64,000 bases of DNA from positions 7,486 to 71,485 of the forward strand of contig NMRA01000476.1 of assembly GCA_002633005.1 (NCBI GenBank), read 5' to 3'. Both the position numbers and the translations under genes were made by a program. This document shows positions 11,601 through 23,613 of this stretch, piece after piece. Under the pieces are notes generated by a model. It saw nothing but the letters and a program-made list of their open reading frames with translations, made no database searches and was not told the origin of the DNA. Positions within the stretch are counted from its first letter, which is position 1; the number at the start of each line of letters is the position of its first letter. The stretch is from Phoronis australis (lineage: Eukaryota; Animalia; Phoronida).

Positions 11601-14600
11601 AAATGAAATCTTAATTCCGCAAGTATTCATTCAAGTTGGAAAGATTGAAAAACATCTTCCTTAGATCTCGGTCTATGCGCAAACCATACAGTCAGTGATG
11701 TGACTCATGGTCTGGCCAGGATGAAGAGTCGTAATATGCCGAAAAGCTTCTGGTGTACATAACTTATGATGCGCAGCCGCCATAACACAATATGTGTTTA
11801 GCAGTAACAAACTGTGACAAAATGATTAATTAATGCTTGCTAAGTGCTAGTTGTCTGTGGTTTGACTGCTCTTAGAGTTTTGTTTTTTAACATGGTCTAT
11901 AAACTGATTAGGTTTTTCCATCTGCTAATAGTTATCAACCATAGTTATTCATTTCCCAACTGTTTCTGTTATAAGGCTTTTGCACATGGTCTGTCTGTTT
12001 CGGATATCAAGAAGGGAATAGTTGTTTGTGTGTTAGTCTTTTAATAGACCATGTGTTTTTACAGCCTTTGTCTGTCTGTTACATGTGTTGGTGTGTTCAA
12101 GGTTGTGTCATTTTGCCCAACACTACAGTAAAATTCATTGAAAATTTAGAGACTCAAAATATTAGTTGCCTCCTTAAGAATTGGGGTGTGTGCATGGTAA
12201 TTTAAAACTGTAAACTTGTGTTTGCCAAGAAAAAATATTTAAACCTGTTTCTACTTATAACTTACTAAGAGCTTACTAATGAATGAACTAAATGTCTAAA
12301 CCAAAACTGCTTGTGCAGGATTTGAGGAAAGAAAATGATGTCATGTTGGTTTAAGAAACATTTGAAGGTAATCCACCTTATTGGATCTCAGCTGAGCTGT
12401 GAACACTGGGAGGCCTCCTAGTGAGTGTTAGCAAAACATAAGTGGCACTGGCAGATTTAATGAGATTGTGGCTTTAAAGGTCAAAGGTCACTGACATTTT
12501 GGAGCTGTTTTTGAATACAAAAAGTTTCTGTTTTGTAATTGATATCACCTAGTGAGGTACAGTAACTGTTCCAAAAGATTGTTTTATATCCAGTGCAGAT
12601 GTCTTAAAATTATGTAATATGAACCTAGAAAAATGTCCTAATTTAGGTAAATTTGAAACATTGGATTCATGTGAAACCCCGGGTGCTAATCATACTACTA
12701 CTTTACACACTTTTCTCACAAACTGTGTTAGGAATTGTTTTTACAATGCTACACTTTGCATGAGAGGCTATAAAAAATGGACGGTCATGACTTTCATGAA
12801 AAAAACACAAGTTTCACGAAACGAAATGAAAATAATTCTTGTGAAAACGTTTTTAAGATTTCTTCTTGAGCATTTATACCAAATGATATTTGGTTATGTT
12901 ATGGATATCACTTGTATCTAATCCACGATATGAAAATACTGTTTTGACTGTAACTTGTCACCAATAGCAACAGGCAGAGTAATTGACACTTGTAAAATCT
13001 AGCTACATACATAAATTAATTCCAACAGAGTATATTAGGAGTGACATTTTTAGTGAAATCATGTGAGTAATAACTACACAAATGAACGTGACTACAGTAC
13101 AACTCAAATGCCACTCTCCTGCCCCAGCTGGACTCCCTAGGGTTTGATCTTTTCTAAATTACTCTTTTGTTGATGTCCATTTCCTCAATCATAAAACTGT
13201 TCCTAGCAGTACAACAGACACCTGTTTTCACCAGTCTGGTCCATGTTAGGCATCAACATTGCTCTTGTTGAGTTTTATGTCTTGCATTTCCTGTTGTTAA
13301 CAAGTAGTAATTGTCCCAACTTTTTTGGGTATCCTCGCCACATTGCATTGAAATTGTGATTTCCTAGTTTAGTTCTAGTTTAGTTTTATGTAACAGATGA
13401 ATATTTCACTCTGTCTGAATGAAATGATGAAGAGTTATTTTAAAAAATTGTTAGCAAAAGTTTATTTTACTGTTAATGAAGTTCATCGTGCATTGGGTAC
13501 CAAAGTAAATGAAAGGCACTTGAGTTCTAATTATCGTCTCGTGAACAAAAATATAAACATTCATTTTGCCACCTGTTTCTTAAAAATCCTTGTATTTTTC
13601 AAACCAGGTTATTAATGTTTTTTTACGTCGGGAACTGCTTTAATTCTAGTAGGAAGGGTACTCTGATTCTGCTGAAAACTTCCACAAATTTAAGATCAAA
13701 GTCTTAACGAACAGTTTGACTGAGTTTTTTTTTTCAAAAGTAACCACTTTCTTGTTCACTGGTGTGGAGCCTCAAAGTCTGGTATCCATTAAGTCAGGGC
13801 TGGATTGTAAGATAATCTGCATACCTACTAGTTTGCTGTAGTTTGCTATAGTTAGCTGAAATAAGCTCTAAAATAAGATGGAAGTTTAGGAATTGACAAA
13901 ATATAAGGTTATCCAAGATAGATATAATTATGGAGTCTGTAAAACTCACAGCTTTGTCATCTTATTGGAGTTATGAAGCTGACCTGGATGTTAACAGCCC
14001 AGTCCATGGGACTTGCAAAATTGCAATGAAGTCCACATTTTTTTTGCTGTACATTGTGCATTGTCTGGGAGATGTATATTCCTGCAGGAAATGGCCTGTT
14101 GTGATGATTGGGTTGTCGCCAGATTTGCATTGATCCATTCTCCATTTCATGACATTAACAGCTTGTTTCTCATGGGACAAGTGAAGGCAAACCTTAAAGT
14201 GACTAATGATATTTTCTCCAAGGATATGATAACTTCTTATTTTCTGAGAATAACTTCCATCAGTATGCACACCCTTTTCCTTCTCTACTCCTGAACTTCC
14301 TTATTAATACCCAACAAACAATGTGTGTCTGTGTGTGTTTTGCTGTCGATAAACTCTTACGTTACTAGGCGGGAAACAAAAGTTTAGTCTGCTTTTGACT
14401 CAATGCATTTTATTTGAAATCTGACAAAAATATTTTCCATTGCAAAATGAATATTTGTGCAAACAAATGAGCACACACGACAACGAAAAATGAAACCCTT
14501 TTATCGACCAACCTACCTATTCTGGAGAGGTGAGAGCACGGAGAGGAGAATGAATATTATTTTAAAGATTGCCTTATCGTAGACGTTCTATATATTTTGA

Positions 14601-15180
14601 TTTTTTTCTGACTGTTGCCATTGTAAAAAACGCAAATGAAAATTTCCAAGTAAAATGCTTACAGTGCAGACTATAATTCATCAGAAATGTTTATCAATTT
14701 ATGTTGCATTTTCTAAAAATATTTTGTTTTTAAAAGGACATTATCATTTTTACGTCTGAAAAATGCATTCTTGGTATTATTCTTGGATGTAATGTCACTT
14801 GACGTAAAATCTCTTTTATTCACTTGAAAAGCTATCATCAGAGTCCTGTGCTGTTTTAGTCACACTGCTCTGGATCACAATTTTGACTGAGCTTGGATGC
14901 TTGAAGTTTTTCATGCAACCTGTATGCCGAAGTCTATGGATTCTGTCAGCAGAAGTAGTGTTTCCATTGTTTTTCCTGATCAATTTGTTGTGTTGTTTTA
15001 GTTACTGTTGAAACCATGGAGACAGATGAAGAGGAAGAAGAGGTTGCCATGGTAACCATCGGCTCGTTGAAGGTTCCCTACGATGAAGTGACTGACGAAA
15101 TGGTGTCCAAGATGACGCCTGATGAGAAAGAGGCTTACATAAAACTGGGTCAAGAGATTTACGCTCATATGTATGAATAA
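4944..15180 (+). CDS. GTF2E1: General transcription factor IIE subunit 1 (TFIIE-alpha); join(4944..5614,6244..6469,7237..7417,15002..15180), 418 aa
   Basis: N-terminal winged helix ([17 protein letters not shown]...[25 protein letters not shown]), zinc ribbon CPSC...[13 protein letters not shown] motif and acidic C-terminal domain ([10 protein letters not shown]...MYE*). All introns are GT-AG with matching phases (2,0,1); total 1257 nt. Confidence 0.95.
6244..6469 (+). CDS. GTF2E1: GTF2E1 coding exon 2
   Basis: Acceptor CTAG ends at 6243, donor CAG|GTACTA at 6470; encodes WSGDAS...[13 protein letters not shown]. Confidence 0.9.
6835..6846 (+). CDS. GTF2E1: Candidate 12-nt in-frame microexon (YRGK) of GTF2E1
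   Basis: CTTTCCACTCTGCTTTAG|TACAGGGGCAAG|GTAAGT inside a phase-0 intron. Confidence 0.4.
7237..7417 (+). CDS. GTF2E1: GTF2E1 coding exon 3
   Basis: TTCCAG acceptor; [12 protein letters not shown] and acidic SSSSESDDE; donor G|GTAATT at 7418. Confidence 0.9.
10080..10210 (+). repeat. Dispersed repeat fragment, homologous to 39135-39255
   Basis: Both share ACTTTCATAAAATCG...AGAACACTG..ACCATCAGCGACTCAA.GAAAA. Confidence 0.6.
15002..15180 (+). CDS. GTF2E1: GTF2E1 last coding exon (acidic C-terminal domain); absent from the ORF track
   Basis: TTTTAG acceptor ends at 15001; [59 protein letters not shown]; TAA at 15178-15180. Confidence 0.92.
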
Positions 15181-15245
15181 GTTATACATGTGGATCTGTT
15201 TTGCTGTGTAGACCTGAATGCCGCAAGAAGCGAGGGTCTTACTGT

Positions 15246-15856
15246 GGAGCCAGTTTCATGAAAATGTCTCGAGCTTAAGTTAAACCATAGTTGGGCTAAA
15301 GTAAGACTAATTTGTCTCAGCACCATTTCATGAAATTTCTTAAGTTAGACCAAAACTAAGACCAAAATTGGTCATTTCAGTCTAAGCCAAGACCGAAAGT
15401 TAGTATGCTGCGGAGCTGGCTTAAGATTGTATTTTCGTCTAAATGACCACACTTTATGACTGCCGTCACTGAAAAATCTGTTTAGGAACAAGTTTTGTTG
15501 GTATTTCTTACTGTTCTACAATTTGTTGGCCACAAGCAGTGTCAAATTGGAGGCCGTCTGCTTTTGATTTGAGAACCGGCAAAAAGCCATAAAGACAGTG
15601 CAGTGCGACTTACCTGCAAATGTGATGTTTTCCTGCCTCACCAGGGTTTTCTCAAGTAAACAAAGCCCCATTTAGAGTTTCAATACCACGATTATTCTTG
15701 AAGCTGGATTTCGCACTTCAGCTTGTTTAGTATTTTGACCAAAAGCCAACTTTTTATTCATGAAACTGTTTTCTGAATTATCCTCTTTGGTCTTAACTTA
15801 ACCCAAATCTTGGTCTTAACTTGCTGGCTTGAGTCACTTTTCATAAAACAGGCACC
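15246..15856. mobile_element. MITE with imperfect TIRs (PIF/Harbinger-like termini) in the GTF2E1 3' region
   Basis: GGAGCCAGTTTCATGAAAA at the left end versus TTTTCATAAAACAGGCACC at the right end; internal TTAAGTT/AGACCAA sub-repeats are mirrored at both ends. Confidence 0.6.
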
Positions 15857-15966
15857 TGGTAGTGTTGCGATCATTGTCTTTTAAGACACTTTAAAAAGTG
15901 GAGCATGTGTGGAGGTGCTGCAGTGAGTGACAAGCTTTGCATCCTGTACAGTCAAGTTAAATGTTT

Positions 15967-16062
15967 CACACACAGACACACAGACACACACAGACACACA
16001 CAGACACACACAGACACACACAGACACACACAGACACACACACACACACAGACACACACACA
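15967..16062. repeat. (CAGACACACA)n/(CA)n compound microsatellite
   Basis: Read directly from the sequence. Confidence 0.95.
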
Positions 16063-16201
16063 TTTATTCACCAGAAATCCACCAATCTTGAACCAAATAG
16101 TGCAATGGATGAACAGCATAGTCGACGATCATCACTATATGTTGCCAACTAAAACAAGGTAACAAACCTATCTTCTGCTGTTTTGTTGATTGATCTGTTT
16201 G

Positions 16202-16315
<114 letters not shown>

Positions 16316-18428
16316 TGCCACCACTGAGTGACAAAAGATGGAAAATCGTTACTTCAGGCTTCTTGGTGACTGAATGTATCAACTTAGGTAAAGACAACAA
16401 TTTCCCACAGTCTATACCACGTTCCTTCTATCGATAAAAATGTCAATAGTAGACAGTAAATTACCCGTTATTTAAGATGGAGATGAAGGGAACTGAAACT
16501 GCCTTACTAAGGATTTTGGGGTCTAGTCAGTGAGGGATCTCATTGTGTATAAGTTGAATGTTTGAGAGACACAATTGTGCTGCTGCTACTCAGGACTGAG
16601 AGTGAAGGGTTGGTTTGTCACTTTATGATATGGGATGGTGAATCACAGATTATTTTGAATAGACACTTGGGACCTTGAACTGCATTACAAGGGAAGTGGT
16701 TAGTGGGTCTTCTCGGAAGTTAGAAGGAACCCTTGTGATGCACTTGTTCCCGGGAATTCTGCAAAAATCAGGATATACCAGGAAACAATGGGCACAACTC
16801 CAATTTTATTATAACTGTATTCAATAAAGCCTATTAGTATCTCTGTAAGAATAACACATTCTGCTAGTACTCAGTGCCAGTAAACCTGTTTTCTGAGTGC
16901 TCATATCAAAACAGACGCATGGTAAAAATAAGTTTGTCTACATGCAAAAATGCCCTCCAACCCATTCAGTGTCTGTTTTTTGACTAACTTTGGAAATCAG
17001 TTGGTGAGGAAGGAAACCAAAAACCCACTTTAGAGAACCCAGTGCTGTAATCAAGGTTTCGAATACCAGTAATTTTTGTCAAAAATGCCAAGGGACGAAA
17101 AAACACTTGTGACATGATCAGTGTCGTGAGGTGTGGTGAACAGTGATACAAGGTTGCCTTTTGTTTAAGGTTCTTCTTCAGGTGGGTGGTTTATGCTCCT
17201 TGTTTCTGGGGGGGGGGGTGTATAAAAGACTTTCTAATGACCATTATTCTCTTACTGGACTTTTGTCCTTTGGTTACTGTTGTGTCAAAATAAGCATCCA
17301 TTTTTAACCGGTTGGGTACCTACAGTTAACTCTGCTTTGGAGCTCTCATTCACTGTTGTTATGGTAAAATCTCCAATTTAGAAGGGGTGAAATTTCTTTT
17401 TCTCCCTTTTTCATAAATCATACTGTACCAAACTAATGCTTTGTTATATTCAAGTTCTGTATCACTGCTTCCAACTCACAGTATGTTGAGAAATGGTGGG
17501 CCTCGACAATGATGTCAAAATCCTTTAAAAAATGTAAAAAGTGCAATTTTGGCAATTAGTTTTGTCTGAAATTGGTGAGATTTTGCTGTAGTCTACTGAG
17601 GAATCTGGCTGTAATGTTATGAAGATGCTCAAAATAATCAACATTCGCGGTGTAGTTCAATTAATATTTTCATAGATCTTATCCTTTATATGTCAGTACT
17701 TCTCAATTGTCTTAAATGTGTGCAAGTCATTTCATCCCCCATTTACTGGGTATTGCCATCCAATGCACACATCTTCGTTTTATTCTCCAATCAAAATATT
17801 CATGGTGCAGAGCTTTACCAAATAGTGTTTTAACAATAAAAAGATGACTACATTTCTTGAAAGATGGAGTGCTGTTTAGTTAATGCACTGTATTGCATTG
17901 TCTCAGGACACCAGTTTCACACAATGAGGAGTGAATGTTACAGAAGTCATAAAAATCTAGCTCAGAAATAAGGCAAGTTAACTTCTTATTTTCTGTAATT
18001 GTGCTGATGGCTAATAAACTACTTCATTCTTATTTTACTGTACCTTAAGGTTGTCAATTATAGACTCTCCCTGTAGTGGGAAGGATAACTTAACATTAGG
18101 AACATAAGTTAAAGTAACATAACATTCATCCTGTTGCGACTGTGGGCAAATGAATCTGAAACACATAACTACTGATCTGTAAAAGGTCCAATCCGTGAGC
18201 TTCCCCCATTGTTGATATTGAACACTACTCAATAAGGCCACTTCATCCTGACCAAACTTTACCTTTTTTTCTCTAACTTTGTATTGTTTTATGGATGGGT
18301 GATGTACCAGATCTTGCAATCCTGAAAGTTAACCATGAGTTTGATGTACTGTTGCAAGTTGTTTCAGTATTATTTTTTAGTGTGTTGCTACTTCTGTATT
18401 GATGTTTATGTTTGTTTCTTAAAGCGGC

Positions 18429-18434
18429 AATAAA
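18429..18434 (+). promoter_or_regulatory. Candidate distal poly(A) signal of GTF2E1; other AATAAA at 16823 and about 18013
   Basis: AATAAA with a U/GU-rich flank, just before the CpG-poor region ends. Confidence 0.35.
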
Positions 18435-20139
18435 TCCGAATTCCAACAAAAAAACTTAATTTTGGTTTAAATCATTTACCATGTAAATTTGGTCTGTTAA
18501 GTTAAAACTTGTTCCTTGCTTATAAGGGAAGTGAGTTTTGTTTTTTCAAAGAATTGAAAAATCGTTATTGTTCGAGACCCATGACTCCAGTGACATGTCA
18601 ACTTGTACAGCCTGGTCTCAAGCAATAATGAACTGCCCTTCCTTCCAGGGTCAGAAATCTGATCTGGTTTGACTAAGGAACAGTTTGAGATCAGTTTAAT
18701 GAAGCTAAGTGGCCTACAAAATATCTTTTAAACAATTCCTGATGAAAGTACCATCTCGCAATGTCTAGTACAGAGTAATCCACTTTCCCCTGGGAGGAAA
18801 TTTCTAGAAAAAATCACAAAATTCATGATTTTTGAAATACGCGAAGGAAAAACTATGGTTACCACAAAGTTTCTAATCTCCCTCCCACTTATGATAAATG
18901 CGCGCATGCACCCACAGCCAGTTTCTTGAAATCGCTTGAGGTCAAAGGTCAGATTTTCCATATGAGGGAAATGTGCTATGTCTTTTGCCATACCAAATAA
19001 GGAGACGTGCTTTGCCTTGTGGGAGAGAAATCCACGAAGTGGCGAGGAGTTGATAGATCGTTTTTTTTTTGAAATTTAAAACTAAAAGAAAATGGTTTGA
19101 TATGAACAGAAATTAAAAAATCTTAATGAACAAACCCTAAAAATGCCTCGTGAGCAGGTAGAATTCTGTTTCAGTCGCAGGAAACCACTTTCAATAACGC
19201 AATTTAGTCTGTTGATCGGGTTTCGGGCCTCTTTAAAAGTTGTTTATTTCGTGACGGAAGGCGGGTTTAATCGTTAACCGTCTGACCTGAATCTCTGAAG
19301 CTGAAAGCTCTTCGCTGGTAGTTCTCATGCTTCTTTCCTTCTCAAGATGCGTTTACCTGTCACAGGTGTTCTTTTTGGTCTCGTGACACCCGTGGCTATC
19401 TCAGCGCATTATCATTTCAAATAAAGGCACCTTCACTTGAACATAAAGAATGTTACCATTATTACTTTAATTCCTAAATAGAAAGGCCTGATATGAAACT
19501 CAATTACAAACAGTAGTCGATTCAGGTGCAATTATCGGCCCAGCGTCATTGGCTGCAAATGCCATGAATCCTAGCGGGACATTTGTTGAACGGGTGTAAT
19601 TTTCGGCAGAGAAAAGGCAAATTGAGGCAATTTCCAATCATCAAACGAAGCTGACTAAGAGCACCGAGTATTTTCTTTGTATTGGATTTCATTTTATCAA
19701 CTGGCAAGCTAATGTGCTTTTGTAGACATAGTGCTTGAAAATGGGGTAAAAATTCTTCAATTTGTGATGCGTTTTGTCGAAAAAGGAAAATTATTCTGTT
19801 GACAGAATGCTGTGCACAATCATGGACAAGATCGGTTGGTACACAGCAGCCTCTACTGAATGACGTTTGAAAGTACAAGGTTTTCGAAACGAAATACAAA
19901 GACATTTTGAATGTTAAAAAATGAAAATATTTGAAATGCAAATTTAGTATTTACTTTAGCTCTCAGTTGAAGAGTTTTATTAAGGTATCATTTGCGTCAA
20001 CTACTTTTACATCGACTTTGGTAAAAGTACTCACTCAGCCTTTCATTTCTCTATCTAGTTTCGATTTACCCTAGAGTTAGAAAACTTTCCGAACAACTCA
20101 GCTTTGTTTACACATCAGGCCATGATTAGGCCATATTGT

Positions 20140-20433
20140 CAGTGGCGGAATTAGGGGGNNNNNNNNNNNNNNNNNNNNNNNNNNNNNNNNNNNNNNNNNN
20201 NNNNNNNNNNNNNNNNNNNNNATCCAGGGGGGCTCGGGGGGTGAATAAACAATGCATAGGCTCTGAACAAACCCCGTTTACTTTTTTTTCAGTCAAACTC
20301 TCCGCAGACCCAAAAATTCGAGACCCCTGCATCCCTACAGTTTAGGCTGAGCGCGCGCGTCTGCCGAAATTTTGGTTATTCCGTTATTCCTGTGTCCTGG
20401 CCCCCCTAACTCAAAATCCTGGATACGCCCCTG
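20140..20433. mobile_element. CAGTGGCGGA...TACGCCCCTG-type MITE remnant(s) spanning an assembly gap
   Basis: Termini CAGTGGCGGA and CCTGGATACGCCCCTG, G/C runs. No TSD found, so it may be two elements joined by the gap. Confidence 0.55.
20159..20221. other. Assembly gap (63 N)
   Basis: Run of N; there is also a single N at 10887. Confidence 0.99.
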
Positions 20434-21078
20434 ATTGCATATCTGGTTCTTGCCTGTGGAGGCTTGGTTATTGATGCGGAATTTTTCCGAGGTTCACATT
20501 TTGAAGATAAAAAAGACCTGATATCAACTAAAGTGTGGGTATTTATTTGCCATCCAAACCGGATTGAATCTAGCGGTGTGCTGGTGTCGACCGGGAGGGG
20601 TGACGCTGTTTTTTTTTTCAGATAGTGGTTATAACCTATTTTTATTCAGTTCAAGCTATTGAGGAAGCGACTGTGGAGAACGTGAAGTCACTTAGCCTAA
20701 AAGGTTCCTTAGATGCGTGTGTGCGGCTTTTGACAAAGAAGGTAGGATACCTTTGCTGAAAGTGGTATGGGCGGGCGCTATGTGAGTCACATGTTTCAGT
20801 GCAGGTCGGGGCACAGATAAGAACAAAACAAATGTTTTTTGTCTTAGGTAATACATCGACAATCACTATTTTTCGAATTCCCTCTTCACGGTTGAGTGAA
20901 AATCGGCTCACGCCAATCTATATTCTTCAATGATCTTGGATTAATCGCACAAGCCTTGGCAAATCCAGACTTCATGAAAAGTACATATATGTACAATAAC
21001 AAGTACATTCTACCTCTCAGACGCCTTGTATACCACTAACTGCCATTTTAAAAACTACTGTTGGTAACTCGTTTCAAC

Positions 21079-21445
21079 TAGGGGTGGGACGATGCACGTT
21101 TTTCAAAATTCGATTCGACTCTTTTTCAAGACGAATTCTATTATTTTCGATTTGAGTCTTGTTTGTCAAATTTTTTTTTTCTCAAATATAATTAGTAGCC
21201 AACTTACCACTCGTAACACTTTCAACTACAGAATTGTGATGAAATATGATATGAAAGATCCTGAGCTGCTCATTTGTTCCATTTTCGCACTGATATTACT
21301 CAAAAGACAGGAATGCAGTGTGTCTAAACTTTGTGATGCACTTAACGGCAAAAATTGGAACTAAGAATCGAATCAAATTTGATCGATATCAAAATCGGTT
21401 ACTCCCGCATCGCGATTCGACCTCCGTTTAATCTCCGCACCCGTA
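21079..21445. mobile_element. hAT-like MITE with an 8-bp TSD
   Basis: Termini TAGGGGTGGGA...TCCGCACCCGTA; subterminal TCGAT/ATCGA motifs; flanks GTTTCAAC (21071-21078) and GTTTTAAC (21446-21453), a 7/8 match. Confidence 0.75.
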
Positions 21446-23040
21446 GTTTTAACCTTCTGTGTTTAAACAGTATTTTATCATTCATAACTGTGAAGACTTG
21501 AATTAATGGCCTTCCCAACTTAATGTGTACGAAGTAATTATGTTCCGTGCGATTTCCTTTTCGTCTCTTGCATACCCGCACTTAACGATGCTGTTTGATT
21601 GGTGGTAATTGGTCGTACAGCAAAAAAAGAGAAATATTTATTCCAGACCAGGTTACTGCGTGCACATTGACGTTGAAACTCAGGCATTTTTCTTCATTGG
21701 TCGCGAACAATACCATCATTAACCTTGAGTACCTCTTTACCAAACAAGGTCTCGTGTGCTGTAACTTCTCGTCCCCTCCAAGTGGTCTTGTCCTGTCCGC
21801 TTCTGTTGTTACACGCTGCAGAAAACCACCCCCACAACGAAAGCTGTTGCGCGACGGCAAGAAATATCAATTGAGTCTCACGACTTGACGACTCCAGATT
21901 GTCTTCTGGCTGAAAGATATCAATGGTTTCCCTCAGCAGCGGCTAGGATTTAAGATAATTGGATAATCCCTTCAAGAGCGTGAGAGCCACCAGGTATCGA
22001 CGACTGTCAGTGTACCTAAGCCCCATATTTGTTTTGTGGGCTTGCGTCTTGTGTTATGACATATGTCATTTAACCCCAGGGTTACCCTCAGTTACCTGCT
22101 GTGCCAGATGGCGACAAAGTACAAATGAGGGAACACTATCCACAATATATTCTCAGACACACCTACATTCATTGCCTGCACCATTCGATGAGTGTGGATT
22201 TCCATCCACGGGTTGAAATTGCATCGTTCACATTTAAGTTGGAGCTTAAACATACCATGGCGAGACTATTATGCAGTTGGTGTGAGCCTCTATAACGGGA
22301 AAGAACGAGCTGGAATGACAATTTGGAAGCTAGGCCAATGACAGGCCCACATTCGCCATGATAAGTGTTTCAGGAACGCCATCATCGTTTCAAAGGTCCG
22401 CCATAGGTGGCGCATTAATTCATTTCCAATCAAAGTGCTTTATTACCAGTTTCAGGTGAGATCACCGTGACAGAAAGCGATGCTTGCCATCAAGGTGTAC
22501 AGATATCTTTTGGTGAATTACCGAATGCACCAAATACTGGATACTGGTTTATCCGAAAACTTGCATTTAGAAAACAAAATAGTCTTTTGTTGATAACAAA
22601 ATATTAATTTTGAATGCAGGCGCGGGGAATATACAAATACTTTGAAAACGCCAGCAGCCTCTCAAAACTCATTCAAAATAGACAGAAAATCGCTTGGTGT
22701 GTAGGCAAGTATTATGAAGCCTAAATTTGTGCTCTCATGCTATGATGGTTTTCCAGCAGGCACTTTGTCAGAATTGAACAAAGGGCCGAGCATCAAATAA
22801 AATAACTGCGGATTTTGCATCTCAAGGCTCTCATTAAAGATATTCAATTAAAAGCAATTTAGGAATGATGGTTTTGCTTTGCTGAGGTTGGTTCAATTGG
22901 TACAACTTTGTCGCATTATAACTCGGTGCAATCTGCCTATTTATTTACATGTTATCATAACAAACGGCAATTCGCCAGAGTTGATCGACACGCGAGGAAA
23001 TCCCAGCTCAAGCTCAACAGTGATTGGAAGGTTTTCTTCA

Positions 23041-23048
23041 TGACGTCA
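23041..23048. promoter_or_regulatory. Perfect CRE palindrome TGACGTCA, 138 bp upstream of the SAMD5/SASH1-like ATG
   Basis: Motif seen in a CpG-rich region; function untested. Confidence 0.3.
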
Positions 23049-23178
23049 CCAGCTGCTTGAAGTTGAGTACTCAGTAGTTTTCTTGACAGCGAGTCTGGTG
23101 GTCGTGCAAATGAGTTGTGGTTGCGATGAAGTTGTGGAGTTATAATACAGCGATTTAAAAACAGTGTTACTGACGAAA

Positions 23179-23613
23179 ATGGATTCCAACATGGTTGAGG
23201 AGTGGCTTCGGTCACTTGATTTAGTGCAATATACTGAAGCATTTCTGGACAACGGCTACGACGATTTGGAAATTTGCAAACAAATTGGACAGCCAGATTT
23301 AGACGCTATTGGAGTTAAGATTAGTATACATAGACACGAAATTCTCAAAGCTGTCGCCAACTTACGGGATCAAGGTGCAACAGCAGTATATTTTACGTTG
23401 GAAGAGTTCCAAAATGGGGACGATTCGGGATTCCAGGAGAACAGCTCGTGCGACGCGCACGCGCCATCTCCCGCCAGGCTGTCCGGCTGTTTTGACACGT
23501 ACGGTTCAGGGAAAAATTTAGTGAAGTTTCCTAAACTCCAGTTGAATTTGATGATCCAGAATAGACTCTTAGAAGAGGATATAAACTTGACGGATTATCC
23601 TTACTGCACTCCG
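23179..23613 (+). CDS. SAMD5: Exon 1: SAMD5-like SAM domain and post-SAM motif
   Basis: VEEWLRSLDLVQYTEAFLDNGYDDLEICKQIGQPDLDAIGV...AVYFTLE and FPKLQLNLMI..RLLEEDINL..PY match SAMD5; donor CCG|GTAAGT. Confidence 0.92.

Noticed and set aside
13930-14294. Cluster of overlapping short ORFs
   Set aside because: No recognisable domain or consistent splice signals.
18730-19236. Possible TTAA-type transposon ending GGGCCTCTTTAA
   Set aside because: No matching left terminus found.
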